A DNA stretch of 59,726 nt, filler included, from Sphacelaria rigidula (taxonomy: Eukaryota), in assembly GCA_964200075.2 (NCBI GenBank). It is 6 parts of 6 records of this genome, joined end to end, with 100 filler letters (N's around TTAATTAATTAA, not from the genome) between each part and the next. Parts side by side here need not be neighbours in the genome. Positions count along the whole stretch, not along the records: positions 19,945 to 29,815 come from CAXNAA020007585.1; positions 29,916 to 39,786 come from CAXNAA020007586.1; 4 more parts are not named here. One strand, 5' to 3'. Numbering within the stretch: the stretch's first letter is position 1; each line of letters opens with the position of its first letter. Of the stretch, positions 24,539 to 38,400 are shown piece by piece. Below the pieces are notes generated by a model. That model ran no database searches and was not told where the DNA came from. It saw only the letters and a program-made list of their open reading frames with translations. Both the position numbers and the translations under genes were made by a program.

Positions 24539-26177
24539 GGTGCAACACGAGGGGACAAAATAGGAGGGGAGGGCGCAGCCAAGGCATACCCTACGACTGA
24601 GGACCATTGCAACTTATCCACAGGAGGCTGACACACTTTTGACAGAAAAGGAGTGGCGCATGATAAAAGTAACGGGAGAGGTAGTCTATGCTCGCAGAGT
24701 TCCAGACTCCAACCGCAATGAACAGCGTGAATATTTTCGCTTGTGTGCGTCCCAACTGCTTGACTTTGGAATCAGAACCGACTTTTTGGTTACGTTGAAC
24801 GTCAACCCTCAGGCAGCGACCCCCCCGCAGGTGGACTGAGATGGACAACACCACATTTGGGGTTCAGAACAGCTCTTTTCTCGCTACACAGAACACGTTT
24901 GCCATAATCATGTGGATCCTGTGAATCTATTTCGAAACTAGTCCTGGAGAACCCCTGACCGGTTTTGACCGTGCAGTCGATTGCGTGCAGAGTCAGTACG
25001 TGTGCCGTGTGCTGTATGACTTCGTTGCATACAACGGCACTAAACAATCAGCGTGCCATCGCCCTCCACTGAACACAATCTACTACATGCTGCGGATGTC
25101 TTCTACTTAGTGTTCCACAACAACACTACAGACAGTTTGAAGCTATGCTGGCAACGAATGAGGGGTCAAGCAGGCGGCATAGATCACGAGCAGGGTAAAA
25201 GGCGTTATTTATGCCCATGTTATCCATGGTTGGATTGTCGTGGCGAGAACGGGGAATACGGCCAGAGAGCGAAGAAGTCCACCTGTAGTCTTCCTGTAAC
25301 GAACAAAGTGACCGTTTTGATAGCCGTGCTTGGTCAGAATGGTCTCTTCGCTTCTCTCGGGCCTCGTTCCTGGCTGAAAATGTTCCGTGGTAAACTGCCA
25401 AACATAAATGGTTGACATGGTGAGCTTTTCATCTATTCTGCGAGCAAGCCTCCACCCCCCCTGGAAACCCCCTTCCCCCACCCCGCCCCCCCGAAACCCC
25501 CGTATGTCCCTGGACTGTCAGCCTGTGAGACTGTTCCGAGACGGCGCTCGCTGTCCAAGATTGAACACGATCCCATTGCATCACTTTCTAGAGTTAGGTA
25601 GCGCAAACTTTTGACAAACACTCCTCGGACTACCCCGCGACGCGTACATTTTCCCGTTGTTTCGTTTTGAGGCGTTTCGGTTTCCGGGGATCTCCGCGTG
25701 AAGAGCCCTGGAATCCGGTGAAGAGCGTAAAAACTTTGAAATATTCTTCAACGACACATGTTTCCATTTGGATCACCATTAACTACCGGACTGCCGAGCT
25801 TCAGGGCGATTCGAACTTCCCCACGACATATATAACGAAAATCGCCAGGAGGTTTCCTGGACCTTCAATCCATGGGATCAGTCGAAATTCGACGACACCA
25901 AATCTCCATGACCAAAATACCACGATTGTGGGTATCGTCGATCCCATAGTAACCGTTTTTAAGTCTGTTTTCCGTTGGATTCCCGAGCTGATGGCGATTA
26001 CCACGACATGAAGCATGTGCAGACTTGGTAGAAACTGGGCTGGGAATTCGTATGTTTAATATCAGAACAGCTTGACGGGCGCATATTGATCGAGGGACCT
26101 TTTGGCCCTTTGCGCCACCGCTGTATCCTGAGGACTGATGTCGCGATAGCCCCCTCCCAAACCAGCCCTTACTTTAT

Positions 26178-26385
26178 CTCGAAAGGGATGCGTGGTCAAT
26201 CGTGGAACAACGAAGGCAAGCAACAAATGAGGACGCCCCCCCCTCCTCCCCCACAGAGCCTGGTCCATCGAGCCTGGTCCGGCGGAAACCCGGCGTGCTC
26301 CGTCTCAACTTTGTAGGGATGCGAGGTCAATGGTCTGATGATTATGGCATGCATGATCATGAGTACACCCCCCACACACACCAGC
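26178..26385 (+). repeat. Modular dispersed repeat with units ending in poly-C
   Basis: Core GGTCAATGGTC...TATGGCATGCATGATCATGAGTACACCCCC. Related copies are at 1-27, about 9997-10042 (-), about 36461-36503 (-), about 55751-55978 and about 57117-57305 (-). Confidence 0.8.
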
Positions 26386-27689
26386 CCCAACACTGCTATG
26401 AAGAAAATGGCCAAATAGCGCATGATGGCTGCTTATTTAGACTGCTTGAAGCGCCTAACATGGGCGACATTGTCGAAAACGACCCAAGCGTGGGAGTTCT
26501 TGGCTACTCGGTGTGCTCGACTCCCATCATTTTGAACAAATGTCGATGTTGCTTCCTCAAAGCAGCCATATATCTTGGGGGTAGGGGGGGGTTATCATGG
26601 CATCACCACAAGGAAAACAGCGTATACTGCTGTACATGCTGGAAATCGAACCCCCTACTCCGTCATAACTGGTTGTATGACTAGCGTTCCCGCTCAGACC
26701 ACCAGGGCGCGGCAGCAGAAGCATATACGCGTACTTCGCAGAAAGACTCGGGAGCAACAATCAAACTGCAAATCCGAAGTACGGTGGACTTACCTGTAAG
26801 TTATGAAGCTCCCAAGAATCTCATCCCTGGTGTTACCTCATCCCCTAAACACGTGGCTTGTTTGAATGAAATTCATGGCAAGAGGCTGCCAGAAATGAAA
26901 AAAAACTTGGTACAGAGGAGGCGAGTATCAAAATCCGGCGAAGTCCGATGTGGTGAGATGCCCAATTCACCCTTTTCGCCGGATTTCGGAACATTCACCA
27001 ACTCTGGTGCTTGAGAGTACTTTTCTGAAAACCCCCCATGTAAGTGACACGGAGTATCCTTGCTCAAAACACGCTCACAGATATGCGACAACATCTTGTC
27101 CCTTGGCGTGTTTTCTAGAATATTCTTGTGGAACGGATCAATCACCTCGGATCATCGACCATTCTCGTGACGGGAATATCGTCATACTCACGGGATGGTG
27201 TGGGCCAGCACCCTGCCTTATCTCCTCATTTCTCACCCGATTTCACCTCTACACAAGAAAATGCTCACCCCTACACAAGAAAATGACTCACACTTTCATC
27301 GTAGCGACTTACGCCCATAAATCACGAGGTTATCGCCCGCACGCCTCGTGGTGGTGATACTATCTGGCGTCGACTCTGCCCACAATTTTCAGACAAGCTC
27401 GCCAACGACGTTGAGCGTGGCGCGATCCGAGAGATGGAACTTTAGCAAGACCCATTTCACCCTTTGGCCGCGAAGGTAGGTCATTTGGCCATAGTCATTT
27501 TTCAGGTGGAATTGATGCTGATTCAGCAGCTGGCCTTTAGTCGCGGTGAAAGGGTTACATAGTTGGAAGCACTAAACAAGTCAACACTGACAGCGGAACA
27601 GCAGCCCCCGCGCCGGTTGTTGCGAGGGGTGCTTACGCTTTGGTCGTAGGAATGATGGGCGGCATATGAATGGAAAATCATGACTTTGA

Positions 27690-28225
27690 ACCACCGTAAC
27701 GCTGACGCTAACCGTAACCCCAGCCCTGACTCTGACTCCGACCAAGACACACGAGAACCGTCGGGCGAGGGGGGGGCAAAGGTTGCTTTTAGACAAAGTG
27801 TGCGCTGACAGACCTCACATCAGCACCTTTTTGGACGAAAACACGTTTTGGGCAAGCTAGGAGCACTTGGGACTGTCAGCCACTCTGGAGGAGGTCAGTT
27901 CACCACTTGGGATGGTGAGAAATTTCTCAGCAACTTATAACTTCGAACAAACTATAACACGAACACTAACTCTAACTCTAACCCTAATCCCAACGAAGGC
28001 ACACCGAGAACCCTCGGGCGAGGGGGTGAAGAGTGTTACATAGGCAAAGGGTGCGTTGCCAGACTTCAAATCGGCGCCCCAGGCGCCGATTTCGACCGAA
28101 ACGCGTTCTGCGCAAGCTAGGAGCACGCTTGGAGCATAGCTCCATTAAAGATCCAGATTTTCGCTGTTCAGACTAAAATCAAGTCGAACTAGCTGAGAAA
28201 TTTCTCACCATCTCAAGTGGTAAAC
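27690..28225. repeat. Diverged tandem duplication (about 250-bp unit) with degenerate (CCCTAA)-like tracts and a 29-bp inverted repeat pair
   Basis: CGAGAACCSTCGGGCGAGGGGG...GCAAGCTAGGAGCAC occurs twice. CCACTTGGGATGGTGAGAAATTTCTCAGC (27903-27931) is inverted at 28192-28220 with 1 mismatch. Confidence 0.7.
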
Positions 28226-28364
28226 TCTACTGCTCTGGAGACCCGAATATCAGTTTTGGCTCTAAAATCAACAGATCAACCATTCTCACGCGGCGACCTA
28301 AAGTTTTGCTGGTATATCTATGGTTGATTTTTTTTGAAGAAACCAACAATAACGCTAACCCTAA

Positions 28365-29554
28365 GGCTACTTCTTATGTATCGAAAAAAATCTATCAGAA
28401 AACGCGTTTTCTAATAAATGACCAAAAACCCACTTATTATGTGATCCGAAAACGTGTTTTCTGATAGGAATATTTCTGATAACATTTTCCAATAACCTCG
28501 GGCTATCGAAAAACGTTATTGAAAAAGCGTTTGAACACACATTACAGCCCACGACAGCACCTGTGACGGCTTGGCTGCCATCACTAACACAACACTTTCG
28601 TTGGTGCTCGCGGGCATTGAGCGTATTGCATCATTGTCCTTCGTTCGCCAGTAGCGTGGTGGCCCTTCACCCCATGAGAACAGCAGAGGGCAGGGTTGAT
28701 GGCGACTGCTGTACAGACACGACAGTCTATGCTGTATGTCGTCCGAACAGTTTTGTAGCTCAGTTCATGTCTGTGCACGCAGCGTGTTGTCAACAACAGC
28801 CGTCGCAATGCTTTATAGACCGCCGACGCACCCAAACCTTGTAGAGACAGGACCGGACTGACAGTACACACGAGACTATGATATTTGTAATGCTACTACT
28901 GTTGTGGTAGATCCAACGCATACAACACAACAGCAGTGTCTGTACTGTACAGTGCAGCGAACTTGCAGCTCAGTTGAGGTCTGTGCATACAGCTTATTGC
29001 GAACAGACGTCGCTTTGCAGTACAGACTACCTACGCACCCAAGCCTCGTAGATACAGGACCGTACTGACAGTACACACGGGACTATGAACAGTGCCACTG
29101 TCTGTTGTAGTAATACAGCCGATGCATGAAATACAGCACTTTTGTTGTGTGTACCGTTGTCCGTGCTGTCGTTTCAATCAAGTACTACCGTGCAGTGAAA
29201 AAACACAACCGTCACCTCTACAGTCAGTTGGTACAGCAAGGCGGTGTTCTTATTGATGGTCTTGCGTCGCGCAGCCCACCATGTATTTTGCTCAGGCAAT
29301 GTATCACAGTAGTACAGCCAGACAGTACGGACCGTACACCACGACAGGACAGCAGAGTACTGCGTCTCTCTCGCGCGCCCCAGAATTTGAAATCATGCCT
29401 GCACACCTCATAGAAAAAGATGGACACTGCGTTTTCAGTGTTGATAGTGCGTCGATCACGTAAGAAGGGCTAGTTTGAAAAATTCTGTTGGAAAACGTGT
29501 TGTTGAAAAAAGGCTTTTTCTGACAACGTGTTTTTCGATATGGAAGAGGTAGCC
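28365..29554. mobile_element. 1.19-kb non-autonomous PIF/Harbinger-like element
   Basis: TAA|GGCTACTTCTT...TATCGAAAAA and TTTTTCGATA...AAGAGGTAGCC|TAA. Sub-terminal GAAAACG repeats. An internal direct repeat of about 45 bp occurs at about 28838 and 29043. Confidence 0.82.
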
Positions 29555-29815
29555 TAAGACCCACTTTTATGGCAAACGAATCTCGAATTTTTGGGACCCC
29601 GATTTTGAAAAATCGGGGGGACTCAATTTCGTGAGATCAAAATCGGGGGGACCATTTTATGGCACAAACGGTACAGCATCACAGATTTATGAAACGGTTC
29701 TGTACGCAGACGGTCATTTATTGCGTGATTGTGGTACTGCGGTCTCGTGCATGAAGCCGAAGAGCAGGCAGGCGGTAAACAATCCTTCGAGTACAGTGTG
29801 GTACTTCGGTACCCT

Positions 29816-29915
29816 NNNNNNNNNNNNNNNNNNNNNNNNNNNNNNNNNNNNNNNNNNNNTTAATTAATTAANNNNNNNNNNNNNNNNNNNNNNNNNNNNN
29901 NNNNNNNNNNNNNNN
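29816..29915. other. Artificial contig linker
   Basis: Same N44-TTAATTAATTAA-N44 structure. Confidence 0.98.
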
Positions 29916-32444
29916 GACATCCCCGTTTGCAGATTCATTCGGGATATCCCCAGCACATTGGACTAGTAATCCTGGCGTACCTTCACATATCTTCATAGGT
30001 CGTGTTTTGCATGAGATGAAGGGCTCCTAACGGTTCTAGCTTCAGAAAATATTCGTGTACCCCTACCGTAGCATCACTCGGAAAAAACAATGATTCATCG
30101 TACCTAGCCATGTGAGGATATCAATTTGCGGTGACCGTGTTGCGTTTGCCGAACTACACTACAACTATGCCGTACACCGAACCGGACTAGGCTGCATTGG
30201 CCGCGGCGCACCAAGGGTGCTGTACTGTGCTGTACAGTGCACTCCGCTGTTTGCAAAAACTACTCATGGCTGTTGCAGAGCTGTACCCATGGTTCTGTGT
30301 CTCAGAGAGGTGTCTCCCTCTTGGGAGCGTGCGACGCACCCGGACGAGGTGGTGAGGCGAACCCATGACTGTAGGGTGTGCTTGCGCATGTGGTGTAAGG
30401 AGGCGTCAAGGCATGCGATCAACGCACACTCAAAACGGAATATTCACGTCGCTGCAAAGCATCGGCTGACAACACGACGATAGATGGGGACGTCGGAAAT
30501 AACGATGGTCCATCGTACCCAGTCGTATTGGGTATCAACTCGCCGTGGGGTTCTAGGCTACGCCCATTCCCAGCTCTGCACTGTCTGTACTCTTTTGATT
30601 TGTACTCGTTTGATCAGTGCAGCATGTACTTTACAGCGTTGCGACCATGCTGGATATACAGCTCTGGTAGAGCTGTATCTGTGGTTCCATGCTCCAGGTG
30701 TCTTTATGTGTGGAGCATGGAACGTTAACGTTACAGAAGGAGGGCCATGAGGCTTATTGCACTCGTGTGGGCGACTGTGTTCCAGACTGTCGTAATCGCT
30801 ATGGTCAGTCGTCAAGTTGCGTGCATGAGATCGGTGTTGTCCAAAATCGGATCTCAAGCCTCCACTACCACAAGCACCAACCAACCAGCTGGTCACACGA
30901 CAATGGACAAAACGGCCAATCTATGAACAGCTGCTAACCATATGTTTGACGTGCATATGCCTCGCCATGACGCTGAAACGAAATTTCTACCTACATCTGA
31001 CGGTGCGTCTACGAGCACCGGGATTCTCGTGGCAGAAGGGTGGTCATCGATATCCGACGAGCCATACCGTAGCTGTTTGTGTATTGCAGATCACCTCGAA
31101 AAGATCTTGTTTCAAGTTTTCATAGGTGGCAAACCAAGATCACCAGATCAACACAGGGTGTCCCATTTCGAAATCATCATCTTTTCAGCTCTAGTGGGAC
31201 ACAACAGAGCTCCCTCTACACGAGTTTTCTCTCTACGAGAGACAGAGGGAGACACAGTCGACGTTGAACCGATTACTAAAGGACAGGCAGGTTGCGGAGG
31301 TAACCGCTGGATCATGACCCGAGGAGTGGATTATGACGACCGTTCCGGCAAGCTGGCATGCTTTTACCCTAGCACCTTGCCGTGCACCCTCTAGCCGGGT
31401 GTGTGTTTGCAGCCCATGATCGGCTGGGTTTCTGTTACTGGCGCATGTCATTGTTAAAATCAGAAGCTTCCGATTCGACACCGATCTTATGAGTGTATCC
31501 GTTACTTCGCTTATTCCAGAGCTGCTGGCGCTCTGTCGTGCTTTGAATCGGTTAGGATCACGACGTACAACTCCCCCTCGTTAGTCCTCATCGTCACGCC
31601 ACGTGTGCACCTTGTGGGGATACATTTTTTTTTCGCGGACAGATTTTGAATCCAAGGTCATTTGACCCTGCATGGCGTTTGCTAGGTATTGTTCATACCG
31701 CTGCACAGTAGCCCGCATCCTCATGCTGCAGCTAGTAATGAATGAGAGGACCGCGTGCTTAGATGACCGCACTGTAGCTCGAAACACCTCAGTATCGATC
31801 TTTTCCAAAACCAATCGGGCCAGTCACTGCAAGTACCACGCCCCTGACCCCAACCCTAACACCAACCCTAACCCTGACCTCAACCATAGGGATGTTCAAC
31901 TTCCGATGCGGTCCCTCTAAGCACGCGGTCCTCTCACGCATTACACAGCCCACCATTCATCCCCGCCCGTTTTTTTTTGTAGGGGGAATCGGAAAGGTCA
32001 ACTCTACCGTGACGTTCTGACACAGCAATCTCTGAAATCATCGTTATGTGCGGAGAGTTGTCGAAGTACCAAATCACACGTCCGTGCAAAGCGAAGACAG
32101 ACGTGGCCTCACACTTCGCTGCAAAGCCGAGAGCTGGAAACACTCGCTGGATATTTCCGAAACACGCGACACTTGCGACCGCTTGCTCATGGGTGATGTA
32201 GATCTTCCCGAGGAAAACACATGTATATAATGCTGTATACACGCGAGTTGAATACCCGTGCCTTCCACCTTTTCTCTGTCAGTTCTTTCATGATGTTCAC
32301 CATAGAACAGAAGTGACACCACGAGTAGTACTCGTATGATTTTCGAAGCTACGTGGACATGTGTCTTGGTGGATATTGGGTCAAGTTTCCTTTCGTGTGC
32401 GTTGTCGAGCCTTTCTCCGTTGTATGATCTCTTTGCTGCTGCCG

Positions 32445-35400
32445 TTAGCTGGTGGTAGTTGGTCTGTTTGCATGTGCGCGTATGAGTTGTGTTGTGGGTG
32501 TTTTTGCCGTGGCCTGCGCCATCTGTCGACCCTTTTGTGCGCGGGTGGGTACAAAAATGGTGTGCCGGTTCTCTTCGGCGCGGGTGGATTCGAAAATGGT
32601 GCCGGTTGGACCGGCGGGTCTACAGTACTCTTGGTTAAAGCTGACGGGCGACCAATCGAAAGGACAAAAGAAGGATAAATCACGAAAAACACAGAAATTA
32701 TTCTCACCATCACGACGCGCTCTTACTTTTGTTCGGTCAACACAGGCTCATACTTACGCATCACCTCCAATTCCCCTCCGACGTCTCCTCCCCCATTCCC
32801 TCTCGGTTAATTTCTCTCTTGCTTTTGTTGAGGATGGAGATTTGGTCGGGAGACTCATTTGAGGAGCCGACTTTGACACCCCAGTTCTCCTCGGCGACGT
32901 TACGATTCGAGCGCTCTTTTTGCGCCGTGTGCTTCGAATTGGAATGCAACGGGATGTAACCTTTTTCAGGGCACGCCCCGCGATGAAGGAAAAAAAAACA
33001 CATGATTTTTTATGCAGATTTGACGGGAAGCTTGGGAAGCACTTGAAAAGCGGCCCAAACCCAAAATATGTCGACGGTGTGTAGGTGTGTGCGGCGTCTG
33101 AAGAGGGAGAGCGTCACCTTCACGCACGATTTCCTCATGTCAAGGAAGTAGACTAAAACCAAGTACATCTAAGGGAACGGACAAGTGATCTATGGTCGGT
33201 AAAATGTTGTCCAACAGTCCGGACACTTTTCGGAGACAGACACTCTCCAGCCCCCATTAGCATTCCTAATGGTGAGGCCTCCTTTCTCCATTCGTAGTGG
33301 TTACGGTTAGCCGTGGGATTGGACGTTCTTATCTGTTTATACCGATAAGTTATGGTTGATGCCAGGGCCTTTGATTTGCTTTTCGCTATGCCGTTCATAA
33401 CCTCCACCCACCTCCGCGCGGATACTTGCGGCACTGTTGCCACGTGCGTCAGCCGGGGCTCACCACTAGTTATATAGAAGAATAAACCAAAATTGACAGC
33501 TACACAGAGAAACGAAGGCCAAACACACAAAATGCACAAAACAAGAACGAAACAAAATCCGAACAGGTAATAAGACGAAGAGATTGAGATCATTTTTCTG
33601 AAAAACACCCCGAGAATGGCAAATAGGTCTCTCGCATGGCCATGCCCGAATTAATCTGTGTCAAGCAACCTTGTTGCTAACAACGCGCATCCCATTCCCT
33701 TTTTAATCTTCATCGGGGGTGCAGTATTCGAGAAGGCTCGAATCTGCCGATGAGAAGCTTCTCTAGAAAATGGGGTTCAACATCGCGGTGGGGTTCAAAC
33801 TCATTTTGGATTTTTGAAAATTCTGGCGGGCAAGGTCACGCACTACATGCTCAGCTGATGAGCAGCTGCGGCTTCTTCTTCGAACTATGACATGCCATTA
33901 CGCAACGCACATAAGGACCACCGGTGCTCGTGTTTATCGGCTGTTGATTCAATGAGCGCGGCGGTGAAAGCCGACGGAACCCCGTGTATGTATATATATT
34001 TTTGTGTATCTATTTATTCACACATGGTGTCACGACGAAAAAAAAAAAACGTCATTTTTTATTTACTGTAAACAACGTTTTCGTGAGATTGAGAGTAGAG
34101 GGTACGATTGAGAGTGAAAAGCGTCCAATTAGTGAATGAATCGTTTCAGTTCCAAAATGACCCTCCATGAGACCCGATATGCTTTCTGTGGTAGCTTGCC
34201 ACTGAAGCTCTTGATATATCTGAGTAGGATATCGACGTGCAGCTGTAAGCACACGCCAGCGATACAGGCAAAGAAAAGCACACAAGGAATAAAAGATTGG
34301 CCACTTACAGCGAATGATAAAATCCGCTCTCAATCAGCGCTCTACTCTCAATCTCACGAAAACATTGTATAGAATCGCATCAACCGAGACCCACGTTCAG
34401 TTTCGGTTTCAAACATCAGCACAAGAACCGTGGAAATAGTACCGAAAGTGCTCAAAACCCCGGCATGTCCGGCGGTCCGTCCCTTTCCCTCTCAATCACT
34501 CTTTCCACTAGCCAGCAGTCCTTGTGACTGCCGTCTCTCACGCGGCCTAATCGCACATCGATCAAGACCTGCCGGATCGCAGAGGAGTGCTTGTTGGGTA
34601 CGATACGCACCTGAAACCGCGGGAGTGAATGGAAAATAACGCAGCAAGGGCGTGAGGAAGGGGGAGGGCGAGGCGGAAGGAGGGAGGATGGAGGAGGGGA
34701 GGGATGACATGGCAAAATTTACTTGGAAATGTGGGACGATACGCCCAATACAACAAGGTGTACATGCCCGGGCAACTGACACCGGCAAAAACAATAAGCT
34801 ATCTATGTTATGGCAAGGGTACACGTCAAAAGTGACAACGACACCCATGTTCTAGGGTGGACAGAATGGAAAACATACCAGTGGCATGGGGTTTCGACAA
34901 TTGTTCCAAAAAATACACTCTTACTTGAGTTTAGAGAACCCGTTTCCCCTGAAGGCCCCATAGAGGTTCATAGGTGTGAGGAAAAAAAGTTTCGCGCGCA
35001 CCCTTTCTTATTATGGAGGGAAATTTCCTTGAGAAAGACCTGCCAGAAGATGGGAGTTTACTTTAGAAGAAGGCACTTCATTCGGACCATATTAAATGGA
35101 AAGCGTTGCAGCGTCTGAAAGAGAAGCCGATCCATATCTTTGCTTCAGTATCCATTACATTGTGCATGAATCAAGAAGGGACTGCAGAGTTGCACAATCA
35201 AGACGTTATTATGATACGAGAGAGAAATGGAACGATTATCGAAAGTCAACACTGCATATCGCACCAGGCAGCGGTTAAAGTTTTGCGGCATGTTTTCATG
35301 TCAACATGAGATCATGTGTGTGTATTCACATTGTTACTCTAAATCCGGGTATATATATAGTAGGAACTGTGAAACAAAACGCCTCTGGCTGTATGGAATT

Positions 35401-38400
35401 GATTGATTGTGGAACATCAACTGATCCCCGAGGGACTCACCCATGGTCACGAAATATACGACCCGGCGGTAAACAAATCGAAAGCGTTCGCTCTAAAAAC
35501 AGAGGAGCGGGGGATATATACATATGTATATATATATGCACGGATGTATCTAAATAACGAACAAAAAAATTAAACAGAGAAACCAAGACTAAAACCAAAA
35601 TCAAACCAGGCAGGAAGAGAAAGGAAAGGAAGCGAGGAGAATGAAAAGATGAAAACAATTGAGATGCAATAAAACGAAAGAACAAAATATCAAACAAAAA
35701 GAAATGAAATGAAATGAAATAAACAACGAAATGAACCTAAAAATGGCCGGCATACGCCGGGAATGAACACGCCGGTGAGAAAAGGAAGAAATGCAACGAC
35801 AGATAGCACCGATCTACAAACATACACACGTACGCACGCGCGCACGCACGCACGCACACACACACACACACACGAACAGGCCGACAATTGAGCGGATGCC
35901 TTGTCACCTCGGTAACGTTGCTGGTGCCAGGCAGTCACACACACACAAGAATATCGCCTATTGAATGAACACAAAGCCTACTCAACACCGAGCACGCACC
36001 GCAATAAAAACACGCATTATCTACCGATCCTTGGACGTTGCAAACGCCGTATATAAAGTATATAAGTATACAATGCCGGCTGTGCTTTTCCTGAACGTCT
36101 CCGCATGTCTCACGTTGTCCTCGGCCGTATCTGCCGCGCGAGTGAGACTCCCCAAAAGCACACGGACCCTGCACACAGCGGCACCAACGCTGCTACCTTT
36201 TTACCCTCTCCCCTTCTTGTTGGCGCGAACAGACAAACGACGAGCTGGTGCTGGCCGTCTCTCCTGTGGTAGTGCACCGGTGATGCTCGGTGGGCGCAGG
36301 CGGTTTTGTTCCATTTGTGCCCAAATTCGCGCGTATGTGTTCGGGCAGAGGGCTGCGTGCAGACTTCGCGGTGTCAAGTCTCTCACAGAGTAAGGGATGT
36401 GATAGAAGAGGTACGAAGAGAGGTGACAAACAAGGACCAGCGTCCGAATCGCCATGTCTTGGAGGGAGCGTATTCATTTGTTGCTTGCCTTCGTCGTTTG
36501 AACATTGAACGACATATCATGTCTTGGGCACGGGAGTTGATGAAGCCACAGACATACACGTGATTTGTGGTCTGAGCACGAATACATGAACGACTTCTCC
36601 TCTGATTGAAGATCAAAACAAACGTAAAATAATTCGTCGTCCTATGCACACAACAGTAGAGTGCGAAGAAAACAAAAAAAATCAAGGCTTACTCTCCATC
36701 TCCTCCGACGTTCGACACCGACGTAAAATACTCCATCAAATTCAAGTTCGAAGAACCGCCTTTGTACAAAACGAAAATAAAAGATGGCAAAAACGGAAAA
36801 AAAAAAAAAACTGCTCACTCTCAATCAATCTTCTTCCTCTCCGACGTTCCGCCGTGATGACTTTTTTTTTTCCGTTCACATTCTTCTTCGGCGCTGCGGG
36901 TTTATCGCTTTTGTTCATTTTCTCACCCGAAACGTGACGCCGTGATCATCTTCGGAGAACGTTGGCACGGGCGTCACGGAAAAGGCGGACATCTCCACCA
37001 GAAACCCAAGACTTGTCTTCATGACGGCGTCGAAGGATGGCTCATCGAGGTACCTATTCACGGCGAGCGCGCGGGGTGGGTCTGAGGGGCTTTGTAACCC
37101 CTTGAATGCACGTCATTTTCCATCGGATCGCGTGTGAACAGCAGTGGTTCATTGGCTCACGATCTGAGGGCTTTGGACGGAATCATTTACAGACGGTTTC
37201 GTTTCGAAGGCGTTACTCCTGGCTGTGCAAGGTCGGGCCCTGGAAAGTGTGCGCGAGGAGTCAGGTGCGAAAGTTTCCCTTCAAGGCATGATTATCTCTA
37301 ATGGATCATCCTTGATGCCTCTATTATATTTTTTTCAATCTTTTTTGGTTTCACGGCTAATTTTTTCGGTTGCACTGGTATATACGTTTCTTCAAATCGT
37401 CGGTGTTTTTACCTGTGTCCTGGAAAAAAATTAATGGCTGTATGTTTACGGAAGTCCCCTCTTCCCTTGCACTACATAACTCTTTCTGAGTAACGCAAGC
37501 GCGCGAAGTGAGCCTACACCTATGCCAACCAGAACGACCATTGAATATGGCAACATCAATTGAACACAGAGTTACCAACGTTAGATCTGCAACGGACACG
37601 AACAGAAAAAAGCCAGCTTGACGTATATTCTTTGATTTGGCCGACCAATTTCAAAGCACTGGGAAGGTCTATATCTCGCAACTCTGCACACGAAAGTGTG
37701 TATGACGATATTTGGGGGGGGGGGGGGGGGGGGGGGGCTCTGCTCTCAAACGCAAGAAAGAAAAAAGAACAACACAAAAAAAAANNNNNNNNNNGGGGGG
37801 GCGGGGTGGCAGGGGGCAGGGGGAGGGGGGCCGCCGCGCGGGGCTTCTCTCTGCCTACAGCTGACATCGATAGAAATATTCAACACACAGTACATACAGA
37901 CATTACACACATACATAATACATAGTACATAGTACATGCATGCATGCATGCATACATACATACATACATACATACATACATACATACATACATACATACA
38001 TACATACATACATACATACATACATACACGCAACATGTAGAGTGGCCGGGGAGGTAACACCAAAGAGCATCCTGTACGGTGACGCTACTATTATTACTCT
38101 TCACTTTGATGTGGTGACTAACAAGCCATGGACCCTGTGGGTCACCGCAGTCGTAACCAAACAATGTGCACACAATTTTGCGATGGACATGTTACTGGTA
38201 GCAATTTCTGGGGTCCTTCTCTATCTTTAGTTGATTTAATTATACCTTATTTTGGGTAGTTAACCTGTGACCACGAAAGACGTCCGCATCAGCTGCTCAG
38301 GACGGAGTGCTGCGCACATGTCGGAACGGTTTTTTAATTCGAAGGCAACCACAACAACAACAACAAAGAAATAACACCGTGGTGACCAACCTTGGCGTGA

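Noticed and set aside
24646..24830. Plus-strand exon of a gene divergent from the DIX gene
   Set aside because: It has a plausible acceptor and donor, but no phase-compatible upstream start exon was found and the peptide is unrecognisable.
26178..26385. CRISPR-like repeat-spacer array
   Set aside because: Units are diverged, dispersed and of variable length, with no unique spacers of constant size and no cas genes; the context is eukaryotic.
33851..33890. Hammerhead core CTGATGAG
   Set aside because: No downstream GAAA or supporting stems; it overlaps a candidate minus-strand exon.
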